The translations under genes and the position numbers were made by a program. DNA of 64,000 nt from a virus (Duplodnaviria; Caudoviricetes), in IMG/VR virus record IMGVR_UViG_3300027689_000001, positions 86,001 to 150,000 of that record. One strand, written 5' to 3'. Shown here one piece after another: positions 1 to 8,550 of this stretch (the first letter of the stretch is position 1; each line of letters opens with the position of its first letter). The notes beneath the pieces were generated by a model that saw nothing but the letters and a program-made list of their open reading frames with translations, had not been told where the DNA came from and ran no database searches.

Positions 1-1072
1 AAGCATGGAAACCTAGCGCACCGATACCAATTGAGCGCTCACGCTTTGCTGAATAGATCGCACGACCTACCTGCTTGGGAGCATTATCAATGAAGTATTG
101 CAATACGTTATCTAGCATCTCTGCCATGTCCTTGAGGAACAACGGATCTTTCGACCAAGAATCATAGTATTCTAGATTGACTGACGAGAGGCAGCAAACA
201 GCAGTACGCTTCCTATCCGTCGGAAGAATGATTTCCGAACAGAGATTCGACTGATGAATCTTTAGACCAAGATCTTTCTGGAACTGCGGCATTGCACGAT
301 TCGAAGCATCGATGAAGTGTAGATATGGTTCACCTGTCATCATACGAAGTTCTAGAATCTTCTGCCAGAGATCCTTTGCCGAAACTGTATCGCGGATTTC
401 GCCCGACTTAGGATCGGTAAGGTTCCAACTGTCATCAGCTTCTTTGTCTGCCATACAACGCTCAACGATTTCCATAAACGCATCCGAGATGTTGATCCCA
501 TGATGCAGGTTTAATGCACGCATGTTGGGATCACCAGTCGGTTTGCGCATTTCTAGAAATAACCCAACATCAGGATGAGAAATATCCAGATAAGCAGCAT
601 AAGAACCACGACGAGTGCGACCTTGACGGTAAGCCATAGAAGAAGCATCATAAGTGCGAAGGTGAGGCATAACACCAGTAGACTTATCATCTGCGGCGCG
701 AATACCAAAACCAATACCAACGCCGCCACCAAGCATAGACAACCAGTTAGTTTCTGAAAGATTTTCAACTAGACCCTCCGCAGTATCATCAATGAAGTTT
801 AGGAAACAACTGATTGGCATACCACGCTTTGACCGACCAAACGAGAGGATCGGAGTGGCGTATGACAACCAGTGCTTTGATGCATATTCGTATAGACGCT
901 GCGCATGTGCAGGATTAGAACCGAACGTCTTTGAAACAAAAGCGAATCGATGTTGCGGAGACGTTTCGTCGTCCTTCATGTATGATTCTTGAAGTCGCTG
1001 AATACCTAGTTTGTCAAACAGGGAGTCCCGTGATAGGTCAATCTGAATATCCAGATAATTCTCTCTTGCCAT
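1..1072 (-). CDS. nrdA: Ribonucleotide reductase class Ia alpha subunit (3' end runs off the window)
   Basis: Not in the ORF track. Manual translation from ATG at 1072 is uninterrupted: MARENYLDIQID...TPILSFG...PISCFL...GGGVG...RRGSYAAYL...GEPY...QSNLCSEI...TAVCCLSSVNL...RSIGIGALGFH. Contains the catalytic NLCSEI motif and has no ATP-cone. Confidence 0.97.
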   Translation of the reverse strand, partial: MARENYLDIQIDLSRDSLFDKLGIQRLQESYMKDDETSPQHRFAFVSKTFGSNPAHAQRLYEYASKHWLSYATPILSFGRSKRGMPISCFLNFIDDTAEGLVENLSETNWLSMLGGGVGIGFGIRAADDKSTGVMPHLRTYDASSMAYRQGRTRRGSYAAYLDISHPDVGLFLEMRKPTGDPNMRALNLHHGINISDAFMEIVERCMADKEADDSWNLTDPKSGEIRDTVSAKDLWQKILELRMMTGEPYLHFIDASNRAMPQFQKDLGLKIHQSNLCSEIILPTDRKRTAVCCLSSVNLEYYDSWSKDPLFLKDMAEMLDNVLQYFIDNAPKQVGRAIYSAKRERSIGIGALGFHA

Positions 1073-1618
1073 TTATAGTCCCTGTTCCTTCAACACTTTT
1101 TCGATGTCTGGTTTGAAATATGATTCTGGTTTAAGAATCTTACCATCTTCCCGCTTCTTAATCTTACCATTATCAGAAACCTTGCTCATGTTAGAAGCAC
1201 GAACTTCTTTCCACACTTCTTCAAAGTTGATACCAAGAGTTGCAAACAATCCCTGAACAACCCAGACTAGGTCGGCACCACCGTCAGCAATGTCTCCAAT
1301 ATGGCGACGAAGAAAACCATCGCAAAGTTCGCGGTATTCTTCGTCGATTAGATTAATATATAGGTTTGCTTGCGCCAAATTATCATCATTTAGATGCGGA
1401 GTTGTGCCGACATATTGATCTGCTGCAATCATAAATTCGGTAACGTCTTTTTGGTTATTCATAATATTTTCTTTCTTCGTCAATGCCCAAGATCCATCAT
1501 TTTTTTCGGACCATACCAGTTCTGTGTCTTCATCCCAGCGAAGAGTCTTCAATAGATCATGCGGGAGTTCTATATATAATTCACCGTCATCATTTTCCTT
1601 AACAACGACTGTATTCAT
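1073..1618 (-). CDS. AbrB/MazE-like N-terminal domain fused to a MazG-like (PRA-PH/DR2231-type) NTP pyrophosphohydrolase
   Basis: N-terminal GELYIELPHDLLKTLRWDEDTELVW is AbrB-like. C-terminal LIDEEYREL...IADGGADL...EVRASNMSK...REDGKILKP is the all-alpha NTP-PPase signature. Confidence 0.8.
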   Translation of the reverse strand: MNTVVVKENDDGELYIELPHDLLKTLRWDEDTELVWSEKNDGSWALTKKENIMNNQKDVTEFMIAADQYVGTTPHLNDDNLAQANLYINLIDEEYRELCDGFLRRHIGDIADGGADLVWVVQGLFATLGINFEEVWKEVRASNMSKVSDNGKIKKREDGKILKPESYFKPDIEKVLKEQGL

Positions 1619-2331
1619 GCTCGCACCTCTTCAAGAATGTGATATTTAGGTTCCCATCCGAGTCTGAATATTTCATCGATATTGGCATGAGTGACTTCTC
1701 TCTCACCAACAACATCTTTGAACGGAACATCTCGGTAACCATAGGCATCCAAAACTTCACTAACAGAGATCGGTTTATCCGATCCAATATCTACTATACC
1801 CGAATAATTAGGATTAGTCAATAGAGTTTCAATCGCAGAGCAAATATCTTCAACGTGCGTCCAGTCTCGAAGATGTTTTGTCTTATATTCGATTTTATTA
1901 TTAAGCATCATATCATAGAACATGTCAGGTCGACTATCTGGACCATAAACTGTATGGAACCTCATACCAATCGAGTTATATGGTGCATGTTCTTCCATCG
2001 CTTTCTTACTAGTAGCATATGGATTCTTCCACCACTCATAAACTGATGAGGAAGATGCATAGATTACCTTGACACCATTGATTGTGCACCAGTCAAAAAT
2101 TCTCTTGGATGCAGTCACGTTGGTGACCCAATAACCTTCTGGATCATCCCAACTCTTACGAACACCAGCGAGTGCTGCTAAGTGCAACACTACATCTGGA
2201 TAACCGTAAGATTCCGTCATCTTCCATTCGCGGATATCTCCTTCATATGGAATTACCGTGTGATTCTTAGAAAGAATACGAAGCGCATTCCTACCTATAA
2301 ACCCTTCGTGTCCAGTTAGTAGAATTCTCAT
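1615..2331 (-). CDS. NAD-dependent nucleotide-sugar epimerase/dehydratase
   Basis: TGHEGFIG Rossmann motif, HLAALAGV, YASSSSVY, catalytic YATSK, RFHTVYGP, RDWTHVED. Confidence 0.92.
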   Translation of the reverse strand: MRILLTGHEGFIGRNALRILSKNHTVIPYEGDIREWKMTESYGYPDVVLHLAALAGVRKSWDDPEGYWVTNVTASKRIFDWCTINGVKVIYASSSSVYEWWKNPYATSKKAMEEHAPYNSIGMRFHTVYGPDSRPDMFYDMMLNNKIEYKTKHLRDWTHVEDICSAIETLLTNPNYSGIVDIGSDKPISVSEVLDAYGYRDVPFKDVVGEREVTHANIDEIFRLGWEPKYHILEEVRA

Positions 2332-3026
2332 GGTAGTTTTCTTTCGAATTCTTTCTGCGCTGCCATGTCATCTAGTGCTTTGATTACATCGGGGAAGTGT
2401 TGACCGATAATCTCCCAGCACTGTTCAGCAACGATACGATGTTCTTTCTGTGTCGCTTTATCCATGCGCAACTGACAGTAGTGAACCCATGAACGTAACG
2501 AACCTGCCATAATGATAGTCGATTCAGTTAGTCCTTCAGGCAGCAAGGCACGTGCTTGTTCTTTTGCTATACCAAGTTTAATAGCAGTATTATACTCTTT
2601 CTTGGCATGATAGATCATACGGCGCTGAATGTGTTCCCAGTCAGTGTCAATGATTTTATCATCTACTTCAATAGAGTTCTGTCGATTCTTAACGTCTTGT
2701 AGTCTTGGTTCTCTAGTGCCGAATCCAAGGTCTGTAGTCGGATCTGCATATCTCTGTGAAAATTCTTGGAACGAAAAGGATCGATGGCGAAGTATTTGCC
2801 GAGCGATGTCACGAGTTGTTTTAATTTCCATTGATACATGGACCATCTCCAAAGGTGACCAGTGTTGGTTCTTAATAAGATACTGAACCAGTTTAGGTGC
2901 TGTTGCTGTATTGTTCTGGTTAGAAGGATTAGATACTCTTGCTGCCCATGCAACCAGTTCATTGGCAGTACTACATTCTGTATACGCACTTGGTTTTGTA
3001 AGTCCGATCAGATTTACTTCGCTCAT
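2328..3026 (-). CDS. thyX: FAD-dependent thymidylate synthase
   Basis: ThyX signature RHRSFSFQEFSQRY, plus HWSPLE, AKEQARALLP and TQKEHR. Confidence 0.97.
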   Translation of the reverse strand: MSEVNLIGLTKPSAYTECSTANELVAWAARVSNPSNQNNTATAPKLVQYLIKNQHWSPLEMVHVSMEIKTTRDIARQILRHRSFSFQEFSQRYADPTTDLGFGTREPRLQDVKNRQNSIEVDDKIIDTDWEHIQRRMIYHAKKEYNTAIKLGIAKEQARALLPEGLTESTIIMAGSLRSWVHYCQLRMDKATQKEHRIVAEQCWEIIGQHFPDVIKALDDMAAQKEFERKLP

Positions 3027-3568
3027 TCAACTCTCCATGATGTTGTATTCAATTTAATATTAGTTGGCCAATCGCCTTCAGTATAAGATTTATCATGAAA
3101 TCTCAACTCGTTTGTAGGCATAATACAAAGTCTACCGTTGTCTAGTTCTACAAACATAAACTCCTTAGACTGTGAGGGATGCATACTGTAACCATCGTTC
3201 ATCGGAATAGCAGTAAACAGATAGCGACCAAACTCTCCACTGCTACGAATCTCTGCACGCTGAGTGTTTAGATAATCATAACAGACAACTGAGAACTGAT
3301 CACCATAGCAATCCCATACCTGTGTATCTTCAAGTCCCCAGAGTGGTTCTGGGTCTGCTGAAAATGCTAGAGCATGCGGCGGAACACTGCGCCAGACAGC
3401 ACCACATTCCAACATCACATGACATCCCCATGAGTGTCCAGGTTTTGAATGTAATGCAAACCAAATACATGGTTCAAAGGTATATGGTTCTACACCCTTG
3501 CGAATGAATGATGAGTCTACCCAACAGTAGATATGATTCGGAATGTTACCCGATCCAGTATAAAGCAT
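3023..3568 (-). CDS. Hypothetical phage protein (Cys/Trp/His-rich)
   Basis: 181-aa ORF translationally coupled to both neighbours; no recognised motif. Confidence 0.7.
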   Translation of the reverse strand: MLYTGSGNIPNHIYCWVDSSFIRKGVEPYTFEPCIWFALHSKPGHSWGCHVMLECGAVWRSVPPHALAFSADPEPLWGLEDTQVWDCYGDQFSVVCYDYLNTQRAEIRSSGEFGRYLFTAIPMNDGYSMHPSQSKEFMFVELDNGRLCIMPTNELRFHDKSYTEGDWPTNIKLNTTSWRVE

Positions 3569-3834
3569 TACTCGACTTCAAACTCTTTGACCGTCTGGAA
3601 CTGTGCCTTACTTACGAAACCGATACCCAATAGATGGTCTACACGGTCAGTTGCGTCGGCATAATCTGCATATCTACCATCATCGAACCACCACCAGCGG
3701 TCGAGACCAAGGAACCAGCGAGGTTCGCGTCGGTATTCGACCAACCACATATCGTCTGTTCGATGGATACGCAACTTTGTAATTCTGGTATGACGGATTT
3801 CTACGCCATATTCATTAGCGACCAATTCGCTCAT
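3568..3834 (-). CDS. Hypothetical protein
   Basis: ATG at 3834 overlaps the primase stop (ATGA); 88 aa. Confidence 0.65.
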   Translation of the reverse strand: MSELVANEYGVEIRHTRITKLRIHRTDDMWLVEYRREPRWFLGLDRWWWFDDGRYADYADATDRVDHLLGIGFVSKAQFQTVKEFEVE

Positions 3835-4862
3835 ACTTTCCTCCACATGGCATACTTTGCCTTTGCTGATAGACCTTGAAACGTATTATCATTTATAATA
3901 CCCTGAATTTCACCAGAAGTCAACCCATTTTCAATCATTTCATTAATATCTTTTCCAGGAACATCTGGCCAAATTACCATCTTGTATCCCATATCAATAT
4001 ACTTATTCATCAACTTACCGACTTCTCGGTTTTTAGGTTGGTTGTCAAAAATAATTGTTATTTTTTCTTTTGGTATCGGGAGTTGGTCGATTTTTCCGAA
4101 TGACGTTCCAGCGCAAGCGATAGAATTATCCAGAAAAAGGGAGTCAAGGGGCCCTTCGACAACGAGTACTTCTTTTGTAGGATCGACCTGATCCAAACCA
4201 AAAATCGATTGTGCATCTTCATCTACCTTAATGTTAATATAACGTAATGACTCGCCTCTGATTCCGCGAAGGCTAACAACAAGGAGTTTACCAGCGCCAT
4301 CAAAAAAAGGAATCGCAAGTCTCGGTTCAGATGTAATGATCGACTCTTTGTATTTGGCATTAAGTTGAATGACATCTTTAACATTAGGAATGAAATACAA
4401 CCGATCAAAAGCATCGCGAGGAATTTTGCGGTCAGTAACATATTTAATTACCTCATGATCATCTGGTAGCGTATCAAGTCGATCCATAATCGAGTCGAGT
4501 AGTTTAGGTTCTGGTTTTTTAGCAAACTTCGGTTCTTCAAACTTTAGAACTGATTCTACGGTTTTATGAGAACTCTTGTTATGCGCCCCATCTGCATATC
4601 GTTCTACGACATATTGACTGTAGAGGGTTGCATCAAAGTTCTTGAGGAATGTTCCAAAGTGTTGACTCGCGCCACATTTATGGCACTTGTAATATAGATC
4701 CTGTTTACCGCGATAGAAATATCCTCTCGCCTTGCGCTTTAGACGCTGCGAATCACCACAGATTGGGCATCTGCAGTTGAATAGATCTTGGGTTTTCTTC
4801 TTGAAATTCTCGAGTCGATACGAAATCGAATGGAGATACTTGATATCAATATATAAACTCAT
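3831..4862 (-). CDS. gp61: T4-like DNA primase
   Basis: Zn ribbon NCRCPICGDS...KARGY...YKCHKCG; TOPRIM VVEGPLDS, FDNQPKN, KDINEM. Start placed at ATG 4862 (MSLYID). Confidence 0.96.
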   Translation of the reverse strand: MSLYIDIKYLHSISYRLENFKKKTQDLFNCRCPICGDSQRLKRKARGYFYRGKQDLYYKCHKCGASQHFGTFLKNFDATLYSQYVVERYADGAHNKSSHKTVESVLKFEEPKFAKKPEPKLLDSIMDRLDTLPDDHEVIKYVTDRKIPRDAFDRLYFIPNVKDVIQLNAKYKESIITSEPRLAIPFFDGAGKLLVVSLRGIRGESLRYINIKVDEDAQSIFGLDQVDPTKEVLVVEGPLDSLFLDNSIACAGTSFGKIDQLPIPKEKITIIFDNQPKNREVGKLMNKYIDMGYKMVIWPDVPGKDINEMIENGLTSGEIQGIINDNTFQGLSAKAKYAMWRKV

Positions 4863-4868
4863 AATACA

Positions 4869-4897
4869 GTTATACCCCATTATGGGGTGGAAGTAAA
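4869..4897 (-). promoter_or_regulatory. Early sigma70-type promoter for primase
   Basis: TTTACT-17 nt-TATAAC with GGGG before the -10; -10 lies 6 nt from the ATG. Confidence 0.75.
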
Positions 4898-4902
4898 GGG
4901 AT

Positions 4903-5370
4903 TTATTGAAAAAACTTTAACAATACAGGAAGAATTTTCGTTATAAGTGCACCCAGTACCAAACCACCACCGATCATAATATACTTGGTTCTTTCCAATT
5001 GTTCAATACGTTTTTTGTTTTTTTCTTCTTCTTTATCGACCGATCCCTTGAGTTCTTTGATCGATGCCATGATTTTATCTTCAGTCTGATCAACCTTATC
5101 CGAGAGTTCTCTCGTTGTGGTTGTTATGCGAGAATGAAGTTCTTTATTGTTTTCAGTGGATTCTCTACGATGGACTTCCATCGCATCGTAGAGATCTTTA
5201 TTTACAGCTTCTTGTCCGTTTAGTTTTAAATCGTGCACGACAAGCATTTTATTGATTGAGTTAGAAACATCAGTCATCTTTTCTATTACGGTATCTAGAC
5301 GACCGAACACGACCTGCATTTGCTTCAGGTCGTGTTCTAGAATCGCGACTTTAGTTTCTAACTCTACCAT
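4903..5370 (-). CDS. Coiled-coil protein with C-terminal transmembrane helix (lysis-associated candidate)
   Basis: Heptad-rich body, C-terminal YIMIGGGLVLGALITKILPVLL; lies downstream of the endolysin. Confidence 0.7.
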   Translation of the reverse strand: MVELETKVAILEHDLKQMQVVFGRLDTVIEKMTDVSNSINKMLVVHDLKLNGQEAVNKDLYDAMEVHRRESTENNKELHSRITTTTRELSDKVDQTEDKIMASIKELKGSVDKEEEKNKKRIEQLERTKYIMIGGGLVLGALITKILPVLLKFFQ

Positions 5371-5541
5371 TTACTTTGCTTTTGTCTTGCGGATTTTCTT
5401 GACTACTTCTTTGACAACCGCTACTTCTGCTTCTGCCTTATCGACAACAGCAGTAAGTTCAGCAACGTCTATTTTACCATCTTTATTTGTATCTGCAAAA
5501 CCAAATAGAGTTTTGATGAGTTCTTTAATCTTGTTAAACAT
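5371..5541 (-). CDS. Small EF-hand-loop protein
   Basis: Canonical 12-residue loop DTNKDGKIDVAE, basic C-terminus; start ATG 5541 after a GGGGA SD. Confidence 0.65.
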   Translation of the reverse strand: MFNKIKELIKTLFGFADTNKDGKIDVAELTAVVDKAEAEVAVVKEVVKKIRKTKAK

Positions 5542-5546
5542 ATCTG

Positions 5547-6722
5547 TTATCCCCATGCTGCGAATTGTTTAGTTTTCTTAATGCGGTCATCTAGACCATG
5601 CGTTCCACCATTTACACGACGAGTAATCTGACCAATAACTGCATCGGTTACACCCTTAGCAGCGATTGCGAACAGACCGTTCTTGTTAAAGAACCATAGT
5701 GCTGACTCGAATGCGAGTTCTGTTGCAACGACGTCAGGATTTGTTACAACATCAGGACGACCGATGTCTTGAGCGAATTGAGTGTAGTTACTCTTACCAG
5801 TTAACTGGATTGGTCCACGACCACGGAACTTATACCCATCACCCGATGACTCTGGTCCATTGCCCATGCGATTAGCATAGACCTTGTTAGCAATCTTCTC
5901 TGGTTTGCGAGCATACCCTGCAGTCGATGCGATTGTTGGGAAGTACTTCTTGAAGATGCCATTCAGACCCTTATCTGAATAGTTTAGATTCTCAGAGAAC
6001 ACTTTGAAACCACCCGACTCGTGAGCGCACTGACCGAAGAAGTGTGCTGCTTGTGCCGTCGATAGTTTAAAGTAACCCTTCGCTGCTTTGAATGTTCCTG
6101 GACCCCATTTACCATCAGCAGAGACACCACATTTTGCTTGTAGTGATTGCATTGGTCCGAGACCAGTAACAGTTGGTGCTTGGACTGCTGCCTTAGCAAC
6201 CTGCGCGACTGCTTGAACGGCAGGAGCACCTGCTTCTTTGGTTGTACGCGGATCAAAATCTTTAACAGGAGTATATTTTGTTCCACTTGCCTTAGATTTA
6301 GTAGCAACCAGACGCTGCTTGCGGTTTCCGCCTTCCTTCTTAATAGAAGCATGAACCCAACCAGAGTTCTTGTCACCAGCAGCATAGAATTCTAGGATGA
6401 CTTGGTCAAACTCTAGATTGTCAGCAACCCAGTCAGCAACCTTCTTATTGTCCACACCCTTGACTTCAAAGTCAATTGCTTGACCATTAACATGCTGAGA
6501 TGTTTTAGATCCACCAACTGCCTTATTGACAAGTGGTGCGCGATATGATGAGTTGATTGTTACTGGACCAAACTTAGCGCGAACAGGTTCGAGAATCTTT
6601 TCGCAGCAGTAACGCATGTTCTCAATGTGTGCAGCAGTAGGTGTGTTAGGAATACCAAGACGCTTTGCGGTTGGCGATACAATCATTTCTCCGAGAGTAA
6701 AATGTTCAGTTAGTTGTGTCAT
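5547..6722 (-). CDS. Endolysin: peptidase M15A + peptidoglycan-binding linker + GH19 muramidase
   Basis: M15A motifs SSYR...SQHVNGQAIDF...GWVH; PG-binding-like GVSADGKWGPGT; GH19 motifs QCAHESGGF, ENLNYS, FRGRGPIQLTGKSNY, TRRVNGG. Confidence 0.92.
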   Translation of the reverse strand: MTQLTEHFTLGEMIVSPTAKRLGIPNTPTAAHIENMRYCCEKILEPVRAKFGPVTINSSYRAPLVNKAVGGSKTSQHVNGQAIDFEVKGVDNKKVADWVADNLEFDQVILEFYAAGDKNSGWVHASIKKEGGNRKQRLVATKSKASGTKYTPVKDFDPRTTKEAGAPAVQAVAQVAKAAVQAPTVTGLGPMQSLQAKCGVSADGKWGPGTFKAAKGYFKLSTAQAAHFFGQCAHESGGFKVFSENLNYSDKGLNGIFKKYFPTIASTAGYARKPEKIANKVYANRMGNGPESSGDGYKFRGRGPIQLTGKSNYTQFAQDIGRPDVVTNPDVVATELAFESALWFFNKNGLFAIAAKGVTDAVIGQITRRVNGGTHGLDDRIKKTKQFAAWG

Positions 6723-6732
6723 TATCTACTCC

Positions 6733-7188
6733 TTAGAATGGACCGAAGTCGTCGTCGCTGTCTTTATACTTATCGATCGCTGCCATCAGTTTAATTTCAT
6801 TGTCTGCCTCAATCGACTCTGCCTTAGCATGTTCAGTGTGCGCTTCTGCGAGATGCTTATAATCAGTCTTGCCGAGTTCTTGAACCTTGACGTTCGGATC
6901 GAATTCAGTAACCTTCATGTTCATCATCGTAGCAAATGCGCCAACAAATGCACCGACAATCATCGAGAATGCTGGACCAATGATCTTAAAAATTTCATTA
7001 TTGTCAATAATATCATTTGGCATAAACATACCAATCAACATCATAACAACAACAGATAGCATTATGGAACCCAAAGTGAGCGCCGCCATCTTCATAATCA
7101 TGATTTGGACTTTGCCCTTTTCAATCTCTAGTTCCTCTAGAGTATTGACTTCTTTCGATACCGAAACAAAGTTTAATAATCCCTTCAT
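6733..7188 (-). CDS. Two-TM membrane protein, holin candidate
   Basis: Two hydrophobic helices (AALTLGSIMLSVVVMMLIGMF; IIGPAFSMIVGAFVGAFATMM) and a charged tail; immediately upstream of the endolysin. Confidence 0.6.
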   Translation of the reverse strand: MKGLLNFVSVSKEVNTLEELEIEKGKVQIMIMKMAALTLGSIMLSVVVMMLIGMFMPNDIIDNNEIFKIIGPAFSMIVGAFVGAFATMMNMKVTEFDPNVKVQELGKTDYKHLAEAHTEHAKAESIEADNEIKLMAAIDKYKDSDDDFGPF

Positions 7189-7189
7189 A

Positions 7190-7729
7190 TTACTTCCTTC
7201 TAATAATTGTATTCTTTTTGCGATACTTCTTTTGAGCAGCTTTAGAAACTCCAGGTTCCGCTTGGTTTGGAATGCTTGGATTATTTATGCCGATACCAGC
7301 AATAGCACCACCTGCAACACCCATACCATCTTCGGAGATGAAATCTTTGAATGATAACATTGTATTAAATTCCAATTGTTCTGCGAGGGATTTAGTTTCG
7401 TCTTGCTCCATCGTCATATAAAAAATTTCTTCTAGAATATCCTCGTCATACTCGACGTTTTCTCTGATAAGTGCCAACGCAGTGGCGAAAGCAAGGAATT
7501 TACTATTTACAAATGGTACTTTATTTAGAATTCTCTTCAATCTAAAGACCATGCGATGTAAAAGAGTAAATGATTCTCTTTCTTCTTCCGTTCCAAGATC
7601 TGCTTCTTTTCTAATGACAGTGCCATGCGCATCAATAATACCGAGACGATATGCATCAGTCTCGGTAAATGATGTTGTTAACATACGTAAAATACGATAT
7701 GTTATGATTGCATCGACAAACCTTGCCAT
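7190..7729 (-). CDS. Conserved T4-like phage hypothetical protein, probable head-associated
   Basis: VDAIITYRILRMLTT...AYRLGIID...FTLLHRMVFRLKR is recalled from aquatic T4-like phages; internal MLSFKDFISE motif precedes a basic tail. Confidence 0.75.
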   Translation of the reverse strand: MARFVDAIITYRILRMLTTSFTETDAYRLGIIDAHGTVIRKEADLGTEEERESFTLLHRMVFRLKRILNKVPFVNSKFLAFATALALIRENVEYDEDILEEIFYMTMEQDETKSLAEQLEFNTMLSFKDFISEDGMGVAGGAIAGIGINNPSIPNQAEPGVSKAAQKKYRKKNTIIRRK

Positions 7730-8085
7730 TAAATCCCTCTTAACTTGTTAACGATCGTATAATCCATAAAAACATCTGGCAGTTCATTATCTTGCATTCG
7801 GTTTAAGAATAACAGAAAAGGTTTAATTAGAGGCATCAAATCAGAGAGTTTATAAACTATCATATCTGTCGCTGCTTGATTAAACACATTATATAGAACC
7901 AACAAATGATTTATGATAAGACGTTCGTTGAGAACATTAGTATTTTCGTATCGCGTTAATAATCTTCGGAGATAAACAAAACGTTTCAAATCTTCCTGTA
8001 AATCTGAAATGCCAGTACATCCAGGATTATCATAATGTTTAATTGCGAACATTAAAAAAGTTTCTTCATTCAATTCATTAATCAT
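7729..8085 (-). CDS. Conserved T4-like phage hypothetical protein
   Basis: ELNEETFLMFAIKHYDNP-C...DLKRFVYLRRL...ERLIINHLLVLYNVF; start moved to ATG 8085. Confidence 0.8.
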   Translation of the reverse strand: MINELNEETFLMFAIKHYDNPGCTGISDLQEDLKRFVYLRRLLTRYENTNVLNERLIINHLLVLYNVFNQAATDMIVYKLSDLMPLIKPFLLFLNRMQDNELPDVFMDYTIVNKLRGI

Positions 8086-8086
8086 A

Positions 8087-8539
8087 TTATGATACCGTTG
8101 CCGTCCCTCCAAGGAAATACCAATTACCACTCAGAAAAATCAAATTAGCAGTGTCACCTGCTGAATTAAACACAATAGAACTATGTCCAATATTAGAACT
8201 GATAGTTAGATTATGTCCTCCACTGTTTGATATCATAACAACAACTTTAACTTGACCCTCTACACCATCTGCGATGGTAAGTGTTCCAGGTCCATCGGGT
8301 GAAGTGATTTTAGTTATTAGAGCAGTCACATTGATAGCACCCGCAGACGTTAAAGTCTGCGTAGTGCCACTCAATACCAGTTTGCTATTTAGAACCACAG
8401 AAACTGGAATACCACCAAACAGATTAGCAACAGTCACTTTGTGATCATATGGTGATGTTGCTGGTTTAACAACATACATTAAGTCTGTAGAAACAAGCGT
8501 TGACGCTGTTGTTAACGCTGAAAGTTTGCTATCTGCCAT
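8087..8539 (-). CDS. Putative virion structural or decoration protein
   Basis: N-terminal MADSKLSALT...STDLMYVV, beta-rich Thr/Ser/Gly composition, late operon. Confidence 0.65.
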   Translation of the reverse strand: MADSKLSALTTASTLVSTDLMYVVKPATSPYDHKVTVANLFGGIPVSVVLNSKLVLSGTTQTLTSAGAINVTALITKITSPDGPGTLTIADGVEGQVKVVVMISNSGGHNLTISSNIGHSSIVFNSAGDTANLIFLSGNWYFLGGTATVS

Positions 8540-8550
8540 TGTTTAATGCC

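Noticed and set aside
553-768. Hydrophobic 71-aa ORF that appears to interrupt nrdA or to encode a membrane protein
   Set aside because: nrdA reads continuously from 1072 to the window edge in another frame. This ORF is an alternative-frame shadow with no lipobox or clear SD.
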